A DNA stretch of 40,490 bases from contig CAZHTA010000004.1 of NCBI GenBank assembly GCA_964535515.1, positions 27,888 to 68,377 on the forward strand. Reading direction: 5' to 3'. The notes below the pieces were generated by a model. That model searched no databases and was not told the DNA's origin. It saw nothing but the letters and a program-made list of their open reading frames with translations. Positions 24,728-33,468 of the stretch are shown piece after piece; positions within the stretch are counted from its first letter, which is position 1; each line of letters begins with the position of its first letter. The position numbers and the translations under genes were made by a program. This stretch comes from an uncultured Gammaproteobacteria bacterium (GTDB taxonomy: Bacteria; Patescibacteriota; Patescibacteriia; Magasanikbacterales; GWA2-37-8).

Positions 24728-24757
24728 AAAAAACGGCAAAAATAGTCGAATTTTGCC
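24728..24757 (-). terminator. Textbook intrinsic terminator oriented on the minus strand with no obvious gene to terminate
   Basis: The minus strand reads GGCAAAA-ttcgactat-TTTTGCC-G-TTTTTT. Confidence 0.45.
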
Positions 24758-24763
24758 TAACTA

Positions 24764-24792
24764 TTGACAAAAAAAGGGTTTTATATTAAAAT
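24764..24792 (+). promoter_or_regulatory. Promoter TTGACA-17 nt-TAAAAT upstream of infA
   Basis: ttgacaaaaaaagggttttatattaaaat. The TTG start of the track ORF is the -35 hexamer itself. Confidence 0.6.
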
Positions 24793-24811
24793 ATTGAATG
24801 TAATTTTTTAC

Positions 24812-25030
24812 ATGGTTGGAAAACAAGATACAATCGAAATCAAGGGTGTAATTGAAGAGCTTTTGCCGGCTGGTACTTTCCGAGTAAAATTGGAAAGCGG
24901 CCAGACTATCATTGCTCATCTCTCTGGTAAAATGCGGATGAACAAAATCCGTTTGAGCCTAGGAGACACGGTCAAAATGGAAATGACCCCATACGATTTA
25001 ACCAAGGGGAGAATCACGTTTCGATTCTAA
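24812..25030 (+). CDS. infA: Translation initiation factor IF-1 (72 aa)
   Basis: [72 protein letters not shown]. Confidence 0.95.
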   Translation: MVGKQDTIEIKGVIEELLPAGTFRVKLESGQTIIAHLSGKMRMNKIRLSLGDTVKMEMTPYDLTKGRITFRF

Positions 25031-25057
25031 GGACAAATTAAAATTCAACAAACTAAT

Positions 25058-25148
25058 CAACCAGTGCGGTGTAGTTTGGCTCAGTAATCTGATTTCGATC
25101 AGACGAAAAGAGTCGGACGCGGATATCGCGGCAGTGGTTGGTGTTTTT
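25058..25148 (+). promoter_or_regulatory. Candidate structured RNA (three-way junction + U-tract) between infA and rpmJ: attenuator, terminator or ribosomal-protein leader
   Basis: The outer stem is CAACCAGTGC/GCAGTGGTTG. Hairpin 1 is GGCTC...TCTGAT-TTCG-ATCAGA...GAGTC. Hairpin 2 is CGCGG-ATA-TCGCG. The structure is followed by GTGTTTTTGC. Confidence 0.4.
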
Positions 25149-25211
25149 GCATTATACACAATTTATTAAGCTATTTAATTAATATACACTTTAGTATTTA
25201 AGTAATCTACT

Positions 25212-25325
25212 ATGAAAGTGCAAGCGTCCGTAAAGAAAATTTGCATGAAGTGCAAAACCGTTCGTCGCAAAGGTCGGATATTCGTTATTTGTTCCAATCC
25301 TAAACATAAACAACGTCAGGGTTAA
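25212..25325 (+). CDS. rpmJ: 50S ribosomal protein L36 (37 aa; absent from the ORF track)
   Basis: [37 protein letters not shown]. Confidence 0.95.
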   Translation: MKVQASVKKICMKCKTVRRKGRIFVICSNPKHKQRQG

Positions 25326-25339
25326 TTTTACATACATTT

Positions 25340-25723
25340 ATGCGTATCGCTAGTACAAACATTCCTAACGAGAAAAAAATCGGCATTTCCCTACGCTATA
25401 TTTTTGGCATAGGTCCTACTTTAGCTAAAAGTGTTTTAGCTCAAGCTGGTGTAGATCCAGAGAAAAGAACAAAGGATCTTACTGAGGCCGAACAAGACAA
25501 ACTACGAGCAATCGTAGAAAAAGGTCATAAAACCGAAGGTGACTTACGTCGCGAAATCATGTCCAACATTAAACGCTTGAAAGATATCAAGTGTTATCGC
25601 GGCATTCGCCATATGCGTCACTTACCGGTTCGTGGTCAACGCACCAAGACGAACTCTCGTACTGTGCGTGGCAACACCAGAAAGACCGCTGTTTCCGGAA
25701 AGAAACCGGTTTCTAAGACCTAA
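25340..25723 (+). CDS. rpsM: 30S ribosomal protein S13
   Basis: [28 protein letters not shown]...[20 protein letters not shown]. Confidence 0.97.
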   Translation: MRIASTNIPNEKKIGISLRYIFGIGPTLAKSVLAQAGVDPEKRTKDLTEAEQDKLRAIVEKGHKTEGDLRREIMSNIKRLKDIKCYRGIRHMRHLPVRGQRTKTNSRTVRGNTRKTAVSGKKPVSKT

Positions 25724-25737
25724 TTTTTACTAATATT

Positions 25738-26199
25738 ATGACTGAAGAAGTAAAAAATTCTCCCGTCGTGGCTGCTGCTGAACCAGCTAAGGCCGAAGGG
25801 GAGAAAGGAAAAAAGGTAGCAAAGGCAAAAAAGAAGAAGACCGTTGCTCGTCAAGTGCCACGTGCTAATGCTTATATCCAAGCTACTTACAACAATACTA
25901 TCATTACCATGACTGATTTAAACGGCAACGTTTTAGGTTGGTCATCTTCTGGTAAAGTAGGTTTTAAAGGTCCAAAGAAAGCTACTCCTTATGCCGCTTC
26001 CTTGGTTGCCAAAGATTTGGCTGAGAAGATTATCGATTACGGCATCAAAGAAGTGAGTGCTTTTGTTAAAGGTATTGGCGGTGGTCGTGAAGGTGCGATT
26101 CGCGCTTTACACACCAACGGCTTTAATGTGGTATCAATTAACGATGTTACTCCGATCCCACATAATGGTTGCCGTCCTCCTAAACGCCGTCGCGTTTAA
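25738..26199 (+). CDS. rpsK: 30S ribosomal protein S11 (with a Lys/Ala-rich N-terminal extension)
   Basis: [30 protein letters not shown]...[16 protein letters not shown]. Confidence 0.97.
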   Translation: MTEEVKNSPVVAAAEPAKAEGEKGKKVAKAKKKKTVARQVPRANAYIQATYNNTIITMTDLNGNVLGWSSSGKVGFKGPKKATPYAASLVAKDLAEKIIDYGIKEVSAFVKGIGGGREGAIRALHTNGFNVVSINDVTPIPHNGCRPPKRRRV

Positions 26200-26220
26200 C
26201 AAGTAATTAATTCTTGAAAT

Positions 26221-26847
26221 ATGCCTAATTTAGATCGACAATGTTCTCAATGCCGTCGTGCCAAAGAAAAGCTTTTCTTAAAAGGGGACAAGTGTGCTGG
26301 ACCAAAATGTCCAATGCTAAAACGTCCTTATGCTCCTGGTCAACATGGACCAAACAAAAAAGGTGCTCGTAAGCTTTCTGATTACGGAAAACAGTTGAAA
26401 GAGAAACAAGAAGCAAAACGCAGCTATGGTTTACGCGAACGTCAGTTTGCTAACTATGTTGTTGAAGCTTCTGGTAAGACTGGTGATACCGGTAAATTCC
26501 TTTTACAATATTTAGAATCCCGTTTAGATAATGTGGTATACCGCATGGGCTTAGCCAAATCACGTGCACTTGCACGTCAGTTGACTAACCATGGTCATAT
26601 CACTGTAAACGGTAAAAAAGTTGATATTCCTTCTTATCGCGTCCGCGTTGGTGAGGTTATCGCCTTATCACCAAAGGCCATGAAAAAGAAGTCGTTTGAG
26701 AATATCAGCGAAATTTTGAGTAAAGTTGAAGCGCCAATTTGGTTAGGGCTTGAAGCCAAAACCGCTAGCGCTAAGATTTTAAACACACCTTCAGTTGAGA
26801 GTACACCATTCTCAGCGAAGATGATCATTGAGTTTTATTCTCGTTAA
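26221..26847 (+). CDS. rpsD: 30S ribosomal protein S4 (Cys4 zinc-ribbon type N-terminus)
   Basis: CSQCRRAKEKLFLKGDKCAGPKCP, YGLRERQFANY and LESRLDNVVYRMG. Confidence 0.97.
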   Translation: MPNLDRQCSQCRRAKEKLFLKGDKCAGPKCPMLKRPYAPGQHGPNKKGARKLSDYGKQLKEKQEAKRSYGLRERQFANYVVEASGKTGDTGKFLLQYLESRLDNVVYRMGLAKSRALARQLTNHGHITVNGKKVDIPSYRVRVGEVIALSPKAMKKKSFENISEILSKVEAPIWLGLEAKTASAKILNTPSVESTPFSAKMIIEFYSR

Positions 26848-26863
26848 TTATTAATTCTATTTT

Positions 26864-27682
26864 ATGGAGAATTTCTTATTACCTTCCAAAATAGAATTCC
26901 AGCCGGGCACCAATCCAATGACTGGATCCTTAGTAGTTACACCATGTTATCATGGCTATGGCACTACTTTAGGCAACGCTTTGCGTCGGGTGCTTTTATC
27001 TTCTCTCCCAGGAGGGGCAGTGGAATCTTTTAAGGTCAAAGGGGCGCAACATGAATTCAGCACCGTTGAAGGTGTGCAAGAAGATGTTGTGGAGATAATC
27101 TTGAGTTTGAAGCAATTGGCGGTTAAGGTATTTTCTGAAGAGCCAGTGTTGTTAACATTGTCCAAAAAAGGTCCAGGTCCAGTTACTGCTGCTGACATTG
27201 CCAAAGATGCGCGCGTAGAAATCGCGAACAAAGATTTGGTGATTGCCAACTTAACTAGTAACAAGACTTTGGAAATGGAAATTATGGTAGCTAATGGTCG
27301 TGGCTATCGTCCGGTAGAAGAAAAAGATCGTAAAAACTATGATCTCGGTACAATCGTAGTGGATTCGGTCTACAGTCCAGTTAAAGATGTTGGTTACAAG
27401 GTTGAATATACTCGTGTTGGTGATATCACTGACTATGAAAAATTGATCGTCAACATCGAAACTGATGGTACTGTTTCTCCGGAAGAAGCCGTTAATCAGG
27501 CAACCAGAATTTTGATGGATCATTTTGCGGTAATCGCGGAGAGTGTTGCACACCCCGTTAAATCTGCCCCAGTAGTAGAAGAGGAAATTTCTGTTGAACC
27601 AGAAATACAAGAGGAAGTAAAGGAAGAAGGGGAAGTAGAGGCAGAAAAAACTACTAAGAAAAAAGCAACTAAGAAGAAATAA
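26864..27682 (+). CDS. rpoA: DNA-directed RNA polymerase alpha subunit, N-terminal domain only (acidic/Lys tail instead of the alpha-CTD)
   Basis: GYGTTLGNALRRVLLSSLPGGAV, EGVQEDVVEIILSLK and GPGPVTAADI align with the E. coli alpha NTD. After about residue 232 only VEEEISVEPEIQEEVKEEGEVEAEKTTKKKATKKK remains. Confidence 0.92.
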   Translation: MENFLLPSKIEFQPGTNPMTGSLVVTPCYHGYGTTLGNALRRVLLSSLPGGAVESFKVKGAQHEFSTVEGVQEDVVEIILSLKQLAVKVFSEEPVLLTLSKKGPGPVTAADIAKDARVEIANKDLVIANLTSNKTLEMEIMVANGRGYRPVEEKDRKNYDLGTIVVDSVYSPVKDVGYKVEYTRVGDITDYEKLIVNIETDGTVSPEEAVNQATRILMDHFAVIAESVAHPVKSAPVVEEEISVEPEIQEEVKEEGEVEAEKTTKKKATKKK

Positions 27683-27686
27683 TTTT

Positions 27687-28037
27687 ATGCGTCACCAATC
27701 GAATAAAGTCACATTGGATCGCAAAGCTGCACCACGTCGTGCTCTTTTAGCTAATTTAGTGGAGAGTTTGGTTCTATACGAAAAAATTACCACTACTTTA
27801 GCAAAAGCTAAAGCTTTACGTCCAAGAGCAGAAAAGTTGATTACTATTGCTAAAGGTAATACCTTGGCTTCACGTCGTCAAATTTTGAAAGTTCTGTATA
27901 CCAAAAATGCCGTTAAGAAATTAATGGAAGTTTTGGGCCCACGTTATGCTGAACGAAAAGGTGGTTATACCCGTATCATTAAGCTCGGCGTTCGTAAGGG
28001 CGACGGTGCGGAAGAGGCGGTTATTGAATTAGTATAA
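27687..28037 (+). CDS. rplQ: 50S ribosomal protein L17
   Basis: MRHQSNKVTLDRKAAPRRALLANLVESLVLYEKITTTLAKAK...GGYTRI. Confidence 0.96.
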   Translation: MRHQSNKVTLDRKAAPRRALLANLVESLVLYEKITTTLAKAKALRPRAEKLITIAKGNTLASRRQILKVLYTKNAVKKLMEVLGPRYAERKGGYTRIIKLGVRKGDGAEEAVIELV

Positions 28038-28041
28038 TCCT

Positions 28042-28392
28042 ATGTCAAGACATAAATTTACTTTTGATGCTACTGGTTTAGCACCGGGGAGATTAGCCAC
28101 CAAGATCGCGATGATTTTGATGGGTAAACACAAACCAACCTATGCCCCATATTTAGATGAGGGTGATAAGGTGGAGATTGAGAATGTTTCCTTGTTACGT
28201 TTTACTGGTAAGAAGATTGATCAAAAACTTTATCGACATCACTCAAATCACCCAGGTGGTTTGAAAGAAATTCCAGCGAAGAAGATGTTGAAAGAGAAGC
28301 CACAAGATGTTATCAAATTGGCTGTGATCAAGATGTTGCCAAAGAACAAGTTGCGTACTTTACGCATGAAGAGATTGACTTTTAAAAAGTAA
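28042..28392 (+). CDS. rplM: 50S ribosomal protein L13 (short, 116 aa)
   Basis: DATGLAPGRLATKIAMILMGKHKPTYAPYLDEGD...YRHHSNHPGGLKE...MLPKNKL. Confidence 0.95.
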   Translation: MSRHKFTFDATGLAPGRLATKIAMILMGKHKPTYAPYLDEGDKVEIENVSLLRFTGKKIDQKLYRHHSNHPGGLKEIPAKKMLKEKPQDVIKLAVIKMLPKNKLRTLRMKRLTFKK

Positions 28393-28395
28393 CCT

Positions 28396-28803
28396 ATGAC
28401 TAAAGTTGCGAAAAAAACTGATGAGAATCGCGCTGTCGGTCGTCGCAAGCGCGCTTCCGCTCGGGTACGTATTACAAAAGGAGAAGGCAAGATTGTTGTG
28501 AATGGAAAAGATTTTAAAGTATATTTTCCACACTTTTCACAGCAAGATGCTGTCATGGCACCATTAGTCGCTTTGGCTAAAGAAAAAGATTTGGATGTTT
28601 CGGTCAAAGTAGTTGGTGGCGGCAAGAAGGGTCAGTCTGTGGCTGTAGGCCATGGTATTGCCCGGGCTTTAGTGGTTTGGAACGAAGAGTTCAAGAAAAC
28701 CCTAAAGACACTTGGTCTTCTTACTCGTGATTCACGTATTAAGGAAAGAAAGAAATTTGGTTTGAAGAAAGCTAGACGTGCACCACAGTGGTCAAAGCGT
28801 TAA
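28396..28803 (+). CDS. rpsI: 30S ribosomal protein S9
   Basis: GRRKRASARVRI...VVGGGKKGQSVAVGHGIARAL...KKARRAPQWSKR. Confidence 0.97.
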   Translation: MTKVAKKTDENRAVGRRKRASARVRITKGEGKIVVNGKDFKVYFPHFSQQDAVMAPLVALAKEKDLDVSVKVVGGGKKGQSVAVGHGIARALVVWNEEFKKTLKTLGLLTRDSRIKERKKFGLKKARRAPQWSKR

Positions 28804-28829
28804 GCTGTTATATATTTTCAAAAGAAAAT

Positions 28830-28853
28830 CCTCCGGAAACGGAGGCTTTTTTT
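28830..28853 (+). terminator. Intrinsic terminator of the ribosomal-protein operon
   Basis: CCTCCG-GAAA-CGGAGG-C-TTTTTTT. Confidence 0.9.
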
Positions 28854-28874
28854 ATCTTTGCTTTTTTTATCTTT
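28845..28874. repeat. Perfect tandem duplication of 15 nt (GCTTTTTTTATCTTT x2)
   Basis: 28845-28859 is identical to 28860-28874. The first copy includes the terminator U-tract. Confidence 0.9.
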
Positions 28875-28897
28875 TTGCGCTAAAATACAGGGGAAAT

Positions 28898-29893
28898 ATG
28901 GAAATAAAAATTGCCAACAATAAAGCTGTTTGGGATGATTTTTTGCTTAAAAACAAAGCGGTTTTTACGCAGTCTTGGGATTGGGGTAGTGTTTTGTTGT
29001 CAGAGGGTAAAAAAGTTGAAAGATTGCTGGTTTTGGATGGGTCTGAAATAACGGCTGCTATTTTAATAGTGTATAATTTTTTCCCTTTTGGTATTAAATA
29101 TGTGGCTAGTGCTTGGGGGCCAGTGTTTGCTGAGGGTTTGGAATCTAAGAGCGGGGAGTGTTTAGATTGTTTAGGTAAATATTTTAAAGATAACGGTTGT
29201 GTGTTTGCTCGAATTGAACCAATGGTTTCTCTTGGTGTTAAAAGTGTTTACAAATTGAGGCCAGTTAAGGACGTTAGCCCAAGTCATACATTGATTTTAG
29301 ATCTTACTTCTAGCGAAGATCAAATTATGTTGGGAATTGAGAAAAAAACCCGTTATGAAATTCGTCAGGCACAGAAAAACAATTTAGAAGTTAGAGAACA
29401 AAAGGATGAAAATATTTTTTGGAGTTTGATGAAAAAAACGGCGAGTCATGATGGTTTTCGCACTCACCCAGAAGAACATTACAAAAAAATATTAGCCAGT
29501 GAAAATAGTGTGCAGTTAAATGCGTATTATCATGGCCAACCAATTGCTACAGCGATCTTTTGGGGTTGGGGTAATATGTTTACATATTTATTTGCGGCAA
29601 CGGATCGTAATTTTAGTAGTTTGTCTGCTGCTTATTTAATTCAGTGGGAAGCGATTAAATTAGCGAAGAGTCGTGAATTTGCGTTATATGATTTTTTTGG
29701 TGTAGCACCAAAGACGTCGGCAGTAGATGCGCCTTATGATTATGATCGCAAACATCGTTATGCTGGTTTTACTAAATTCAAAGTAGGCTTTGGTGGTCAG
29801 TACAAGAAATTTCAAGGTACCTATGATTTAGTGTTAGATTCAAGCAAATATTATTTTTATTTACTCTTACGTTTAATTAAGCGGATATTCTAG
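28898..29893 (+). CDS. FemAB-family peptidoglycan bridge-forming aminoacyltransferase, paralog 1 (ATG 28898 preferred)
   Basis: FTQSWDWGSVL, KTRYEIRQAQKN, GFRTHPEEHY and YLIQWEAIKLAKSREFALYDFFGV. AGGGG lies upstream of the ATG. The track's 5' extension crosses the terminator. Confidence 0.75.
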   Translation: MEIKIANNKAVWDDFLLKNKAVFTQSWDWGSVLLSEGKKVERLLVLDGSEITAAILIVYNFFPFGIKYVASAWGPVFAEGLESKSGECLDCLGKYFKDNGCVFARIEPMVSLGVKSVYKLRPVKDVSPSHTLILDLTSSEDQIMLGIEKKTRYEIRQAQKNNLEVREQKDENIFWSLMKKTASHDGFRTHPEEHYKKILASENSVQLNAYYHGQPIATAIFWGWGNMFTYLFAATDRNFSSLSAAYLIQWEAIKLAKSREFALYDFFGVAPKTSAVDAPYDYDRKHRYAGFTKFKVGFGGQYKKFQGTYDLVLDSSKYYFYLLLRLIKRIF

Positions 29894-29898
29894 TTGGT

Positions 29899-30897
29899 AT
29901 GCTAAAAGTGATTGATAACAAAAATGAGTGGGACAGATTGTTGACGTGTTTTGTTGCTTCTTTTTTACATTCGTGGGAATGGGGCTGTGTCTTGGTTGGT
30001 AGCGGACAAAAGATTGAGCGAATATTAATTGAGAATAACGGCGCAAGTTTGTTGGCTTTGTTAGTTTTTAAAAGTTTACCTTTTGATAAGAAATTTGTTT
30101 TTATTCCTACTGGTCCGTTAATGATTGGTGGTGGGGTTGAAAGTGAAAAGAATTGGCAAGAGTTAATTGCGTATGTAAAAGAAAAAGGAAATATATTTTT
30201 AAAGATTGAACCAAACAATACTGAATTGTTACCTAAGTTTGTTAAACGTTTATCTAAAACAGTTAAAGATGTTAATCCAATGGCAACAATGGTATTGGAT
30301 TTATCTAAGTCAATTGAGGAGATTTCCCAAGCGCTTCATCAAAAGACTAGGTACAATATTAACTTGGCGGAAAAGAAGGGTTTAGTTGTGAAGTGGGAAA
30401 AGAATTTTCCGATATTTTGGGAGTTGATGAAAAAAACCGGTAGTCGTGATGGTTTTGCGTTGCATCCAGGAAAAAATTATCAAGCAGCGATTAATAGTCC
30501 AGTTACGCGTCAGGTAACAATTTATTCGGGTAATATTCCAATAGCGACAGGGTGCTTTTGGATCTTTAAAGATACCTGTTATTATCTCTATGGCGCGTCT
30601 GACCATGATCACCGTCAATTAATGGCGCCATATTTAGTACAATGGGAAGCCATTAGAATGGCTAAAGGCTCAGGTTGTAAGTATTATGATTTTTTTGGTG
30701 TAGCACCGAAGATTAGCAGCAAGAGTGATGAGGAGTATGATTATGACCCAAAGCATCGTTATGCGGGTGTAACCCGCTTTAAATTGGGTTTTAATGGTGT
30801 TGTTAAGGAAACACCGGGTACGTTTGATTTGCCATTAAACCGGTTTTGGTATTGTGTATATTATTTATCACGTCGAATCCGCGGATTAAAAGTTTAG
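29899..30897 (+). CDS. FemAB-family aminoacyltransferase, paralog 2
   Basis: FLHSWEWGCVL, KTRYNINLAEKKG and YLVQWEAIRMAKGSGCKYYDFFGV. Collinear with the upstream paralog. Confidence 0.75.
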   Translation: MLKVIDNKNEWDRLLTCFVASFLHSWEWGCVLVGSGQKIERILIENNGASLLALLVFKSLPFDKKFVFIPTGPLMIGGGVESEKNWQELIAYVKEKGNIFLKIEPNNTELLPKFVKRLSKTVKDVNPMATMVLDLSKSIEEISQALHQKTRYNINLAEKKGLVVKWEKNFPIFWELMKKTGSRDGFALHPGKNYQAAINSPVTRQVTIYSGNIPIATGCFWIFKDTCYYLYGASDHDHRQLMAPYLVQWEAIRMAKGSGCKYYDFFGVAPKISSKSDEEYDYDPKHRYAGVTRFKLGFNGVVKETPGTFDLPLNRFWYCVYYLSRRIRGLKV

Positions 30898-30899
30898 TT

Positions 30900-32351
30900 A
30901 TGTCTTACAGTGTTGCACAAAATGCTACTTTTTTAACAGTTGCCTCTATCTTTCAGCGGATCATTTCTTTTGGCTATTTTATTTTTATTGCCCGAACCAT
31001 TGGGGTAGAGAATACGGGGCAGTATTTTTTTGCGATCGCGTTTACTGCAGTGTTTACGGTAGTTGCTGATTTTGGTTTAAATTTGGCGTTGACACGCGAA
31101 GCAGCACGTAATGATAAAGATTTTGAAACTTATGCTAGCACAATTTTTTGGTCTAAAATTGTTTTTGGTATTTTGTCTTACGGGTTGGTTGTTTTATTTG
31201 CTAATTTACTAGGTTATCCAGTTGCTTTAAAACATCTAATATATTTATCGGGTGTAACAATGTTTTTAGATAATATTCATGCCATTTTTTATAGTTTATT
31301 TCGGGCGCGTAAGAATTTATTATTTGAAGGTATTGGTTTTATTGGTTCACAATTTTTAACTTTGGTGGTGGGTAGTGTGGCGCTATTAATGCACCTGCCG
31401 TTGTATTGGTTAATTTTGGCTTATACTATTCCTTCGGCGTGTAATGTTTTGTATGTTTCTATTGCTGCTCGATTAAAATTGGGGATAAGAATTCGTTGGC
31501 AGTGGGACAGTAAAATGGCTTGGTGGTTTTTAGGTATAGCTGTGCCATTCGCAATTGCTGGGATTATCAATCGGTTGTATTCATACAGTGATTCAATTTT
31601 GATGTCTAAATTACTCACTCACACTGAACTTGGTTTGTGGAGCGTTCCGTACAAGATTAATTTTGCTTTTCAGTTTATCCCTGCAGCCTTGACTGCTAGT
31701 ATTTATCCGGCCATGAGCACGTTGTTTATAACCGATCGCGAGCAGATTGGTGTTTTGTTTGTTAAGGCTTGGCGATATTTGCTGTTAGTAGTGTTGCCGA
31801 TTACTTTTGGGTTATGGGCGGTGGCTGAACCAGTAATTGTGAAGTTGTATGGCCAATCATATTTACCGTCAGTTCCAGTATTAAAAATATTATTAATTAG
31901 TCTGGTGTTAAGTTTCTTGAGTTTTGTTACTGGGGCTACCTTAAATGCAGTCAACAAACAAAAGGTGCAGACTATGTTGTTGGCGGCATCATTGTTAGTG
32001 AGTGTAACCATGAATTTAATTCTGTTGCCAATTTTTGGAATTTTGGGAGCGGCAATTACTGCTGGAGTTAGTAATATCATTTTAACTGGTGGGGGAGCGA
32101 TAATGGTAAGACGTAATGTTGTTATTCGTTGGCGAACGATTTTGGATTATTTGTGGCGTATTTTGTTGTCAGCTGGGATAATGGGGATAGTGGCATATTT
32201 ATTAATACAAAAGATTAGTTTTGTTATTGTGATTCCAGTGGCGGGTGTAATATATTTTGCCTTATTATTTTTAACACGAGCAGTAACAAAAGATTTATTG
32301 TTATCAGTAATTAGAAAAACAAAAATTGAAGATACAAATAATGTAGTATGA
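30900..32351 (+). CDS. MOP-superfamily oligosaccharide/lipid-linked glycan flippase (Wzx/MurJ-like; ATG 30900 preferred)
   Basis: Polytopic, with about 12-14 TM segments. The N-terminus NATFLTVASIFQRIISFGYFIFIARTIGVENTGQYFF is typical of polysaccharide-biosynthesis flippases. Confidence 0.65.
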   Translation: MSYSVAQNATFLTVASIFQRIISFGYFIFIARTIGVENTGQYFFAIAFTAVFTVVADFGLNLALTREAARNDKDFETYASTIFWSKIVFGILSYGLVVLFANLLGYPVALKHLIYLSGVTMFLDNIHAIFYSLFRARKNLLFEGIGFIGSQFLTLVVGSVALLMHLPLYWLILAYTIPSACNVLYVSIAARLKLGIRIRWQWDSKMAWWFLGIAVPFAIAGIINRLYSYSDSILMSKLLTHTELGLWSVPYKINFAFQFIPAALTASIYPAMSTLFITDREQIGVLFVKAWRYLLLVVLPITFGLWAVAEPVIVKLYGQSYLPSVPVLKILLISLVLSFLSFVTGATLNAVNKQKVQTMLLAASLLVSVTMNLILLPIFGILGAAITAGVSNIILTGGGAIMVRRNVVIRWRTILDYLWRILLSAGIMGIVAYLLIQKISFVIVIPVAGVIYFALLFLTRAVTKDLLLSVIRKTKIEDTNNVV

Positions 32352-33460
32352 AAACTTTAATTATCACTCTTGAATATCCACCGCAGATTGGTGGAATCGC
32401 CTCGTATGTTTACAATTTTGTTAAGCACTATTCTTTAGGTGAAGTAATGGTGTATGCGCCGACTATGCCAGGTGGAACTGAGTTTGACATTAAGAATTCT
32501 TGGAAAACAATTCGCCTTAAGCCTTTTTGGGGTTTGCGTCCAAGGTGGTTTAAGTTGTTGTTGCAATTACGTAAGATTATTAAGCAAGAACAAATTAGCG
32601 AGTTGTTTGTTCACCATGTTTTACCCGTTGGTTATGTTGCATATTTGTTGAAGAAAAATTTAGGTATTTCTTATACAATATTTTTGCACGGTACTGATTT
32701 GGAAATGGCGACTAACAAACGTAGTAAAACAAAAAAGTTTGCTAAGATTTGTTTGAATGCGAATAGAGTGGTAGTGAATAGCGAATTTTTGAAAAACAAA
32801 TTATCGAATAAAGTGGAGGGTTTAAAAAATGTTGTGGTATTGTATCCGTGTCCAGGTGATCAATTTTTACAGCCTACTAATCAAGAAGAATTAGAAATAT
32901 TACGTTCTAAGTTAGCTTTAAATGGTAAGAAAGTTTTGTTGACCGTGGCACGTATGGCAGAAGGCAAGGGTTTTCCACATTTAATTCGTTTGTTGCCACA
33001 GATTTTGCAAAAGGTGCCAAATTTAGTTTGGTTAGTGATTGGCGATGGCCCGAAACGGCCAATGTTAGTAGATATGGTGCAGCAAAATAGTCTGCAAAAT
33101 GTTACGCGCTTTTTAGGGGTAGTGCCATATGAAGATTTGGCTAAATACTACAAGCTAGCTGATTTGTTTGTTTTGTTAACCCACAAAGATGAAAGTTCGG
33201 AAGAAGGATGGGGGACAGTATTTTTAGAAGCTGCCGCTAGCAGTCTCCCGGTAGTAGCGGGACGTGTGGGTGGAGTGGAAGAGGTAGTTGATAATTTACG
33301 TACGGGAATTTTAGTGGATGTGTATCAGGATATGAGTGTAGTATCGGGAGTGGCGGACTTATTGCGAGAAGAAAAATATGCGAAAGAGTTAGGAATGGCA
33401 GGGCACGAACGGGTGTTAGCTGAATTTACTTGGGAAAAACAGATTGATAAATTGAAGTAG
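32348..33460 (+). CDS. Glycosyltransferase family 4 (GT-B, 'group 1')
   Basis: EGWGTVFLEAAASSLPVVAGRVGGVEEVV (the E-x7-E region), plus the GT4-type N-terminal half. Confidence 0.8.
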   Translation: MKTLIITLEYPPQIGGIASYVYNFVKHYSLGEVMVYAPTMPGGTEFDIKNSWKTIRLKPFWGLRPRWFKLLLQLRKIIKQEQISELFVHHVLPVGYVAYLLKKNLGISYTIFLHGTDLEMATNKRSKTKKFAKICLNANRVVVNSEFLKNKLSNKVEGLKNVVVLYPCPGDQFLQPTNQEELEILRSKLALNGKKVLLTVARMAEGKGFPHLIRLLPQILQKVPNLVWLVIGDGPKRPMLVDMVQQNSLQNVTRFLGVVPYEDLAKYYKLADLFVLLTHKDESSEEGWGTVFLEAAASSLPVVAGRVGGVEEVVDNLRTGILVDVYQDMSVVSGVADLLREEKYAKELGMAGHERVLAEFTWEKQIDKLK

Positions 33461-33468
33461 TTTGTTAT

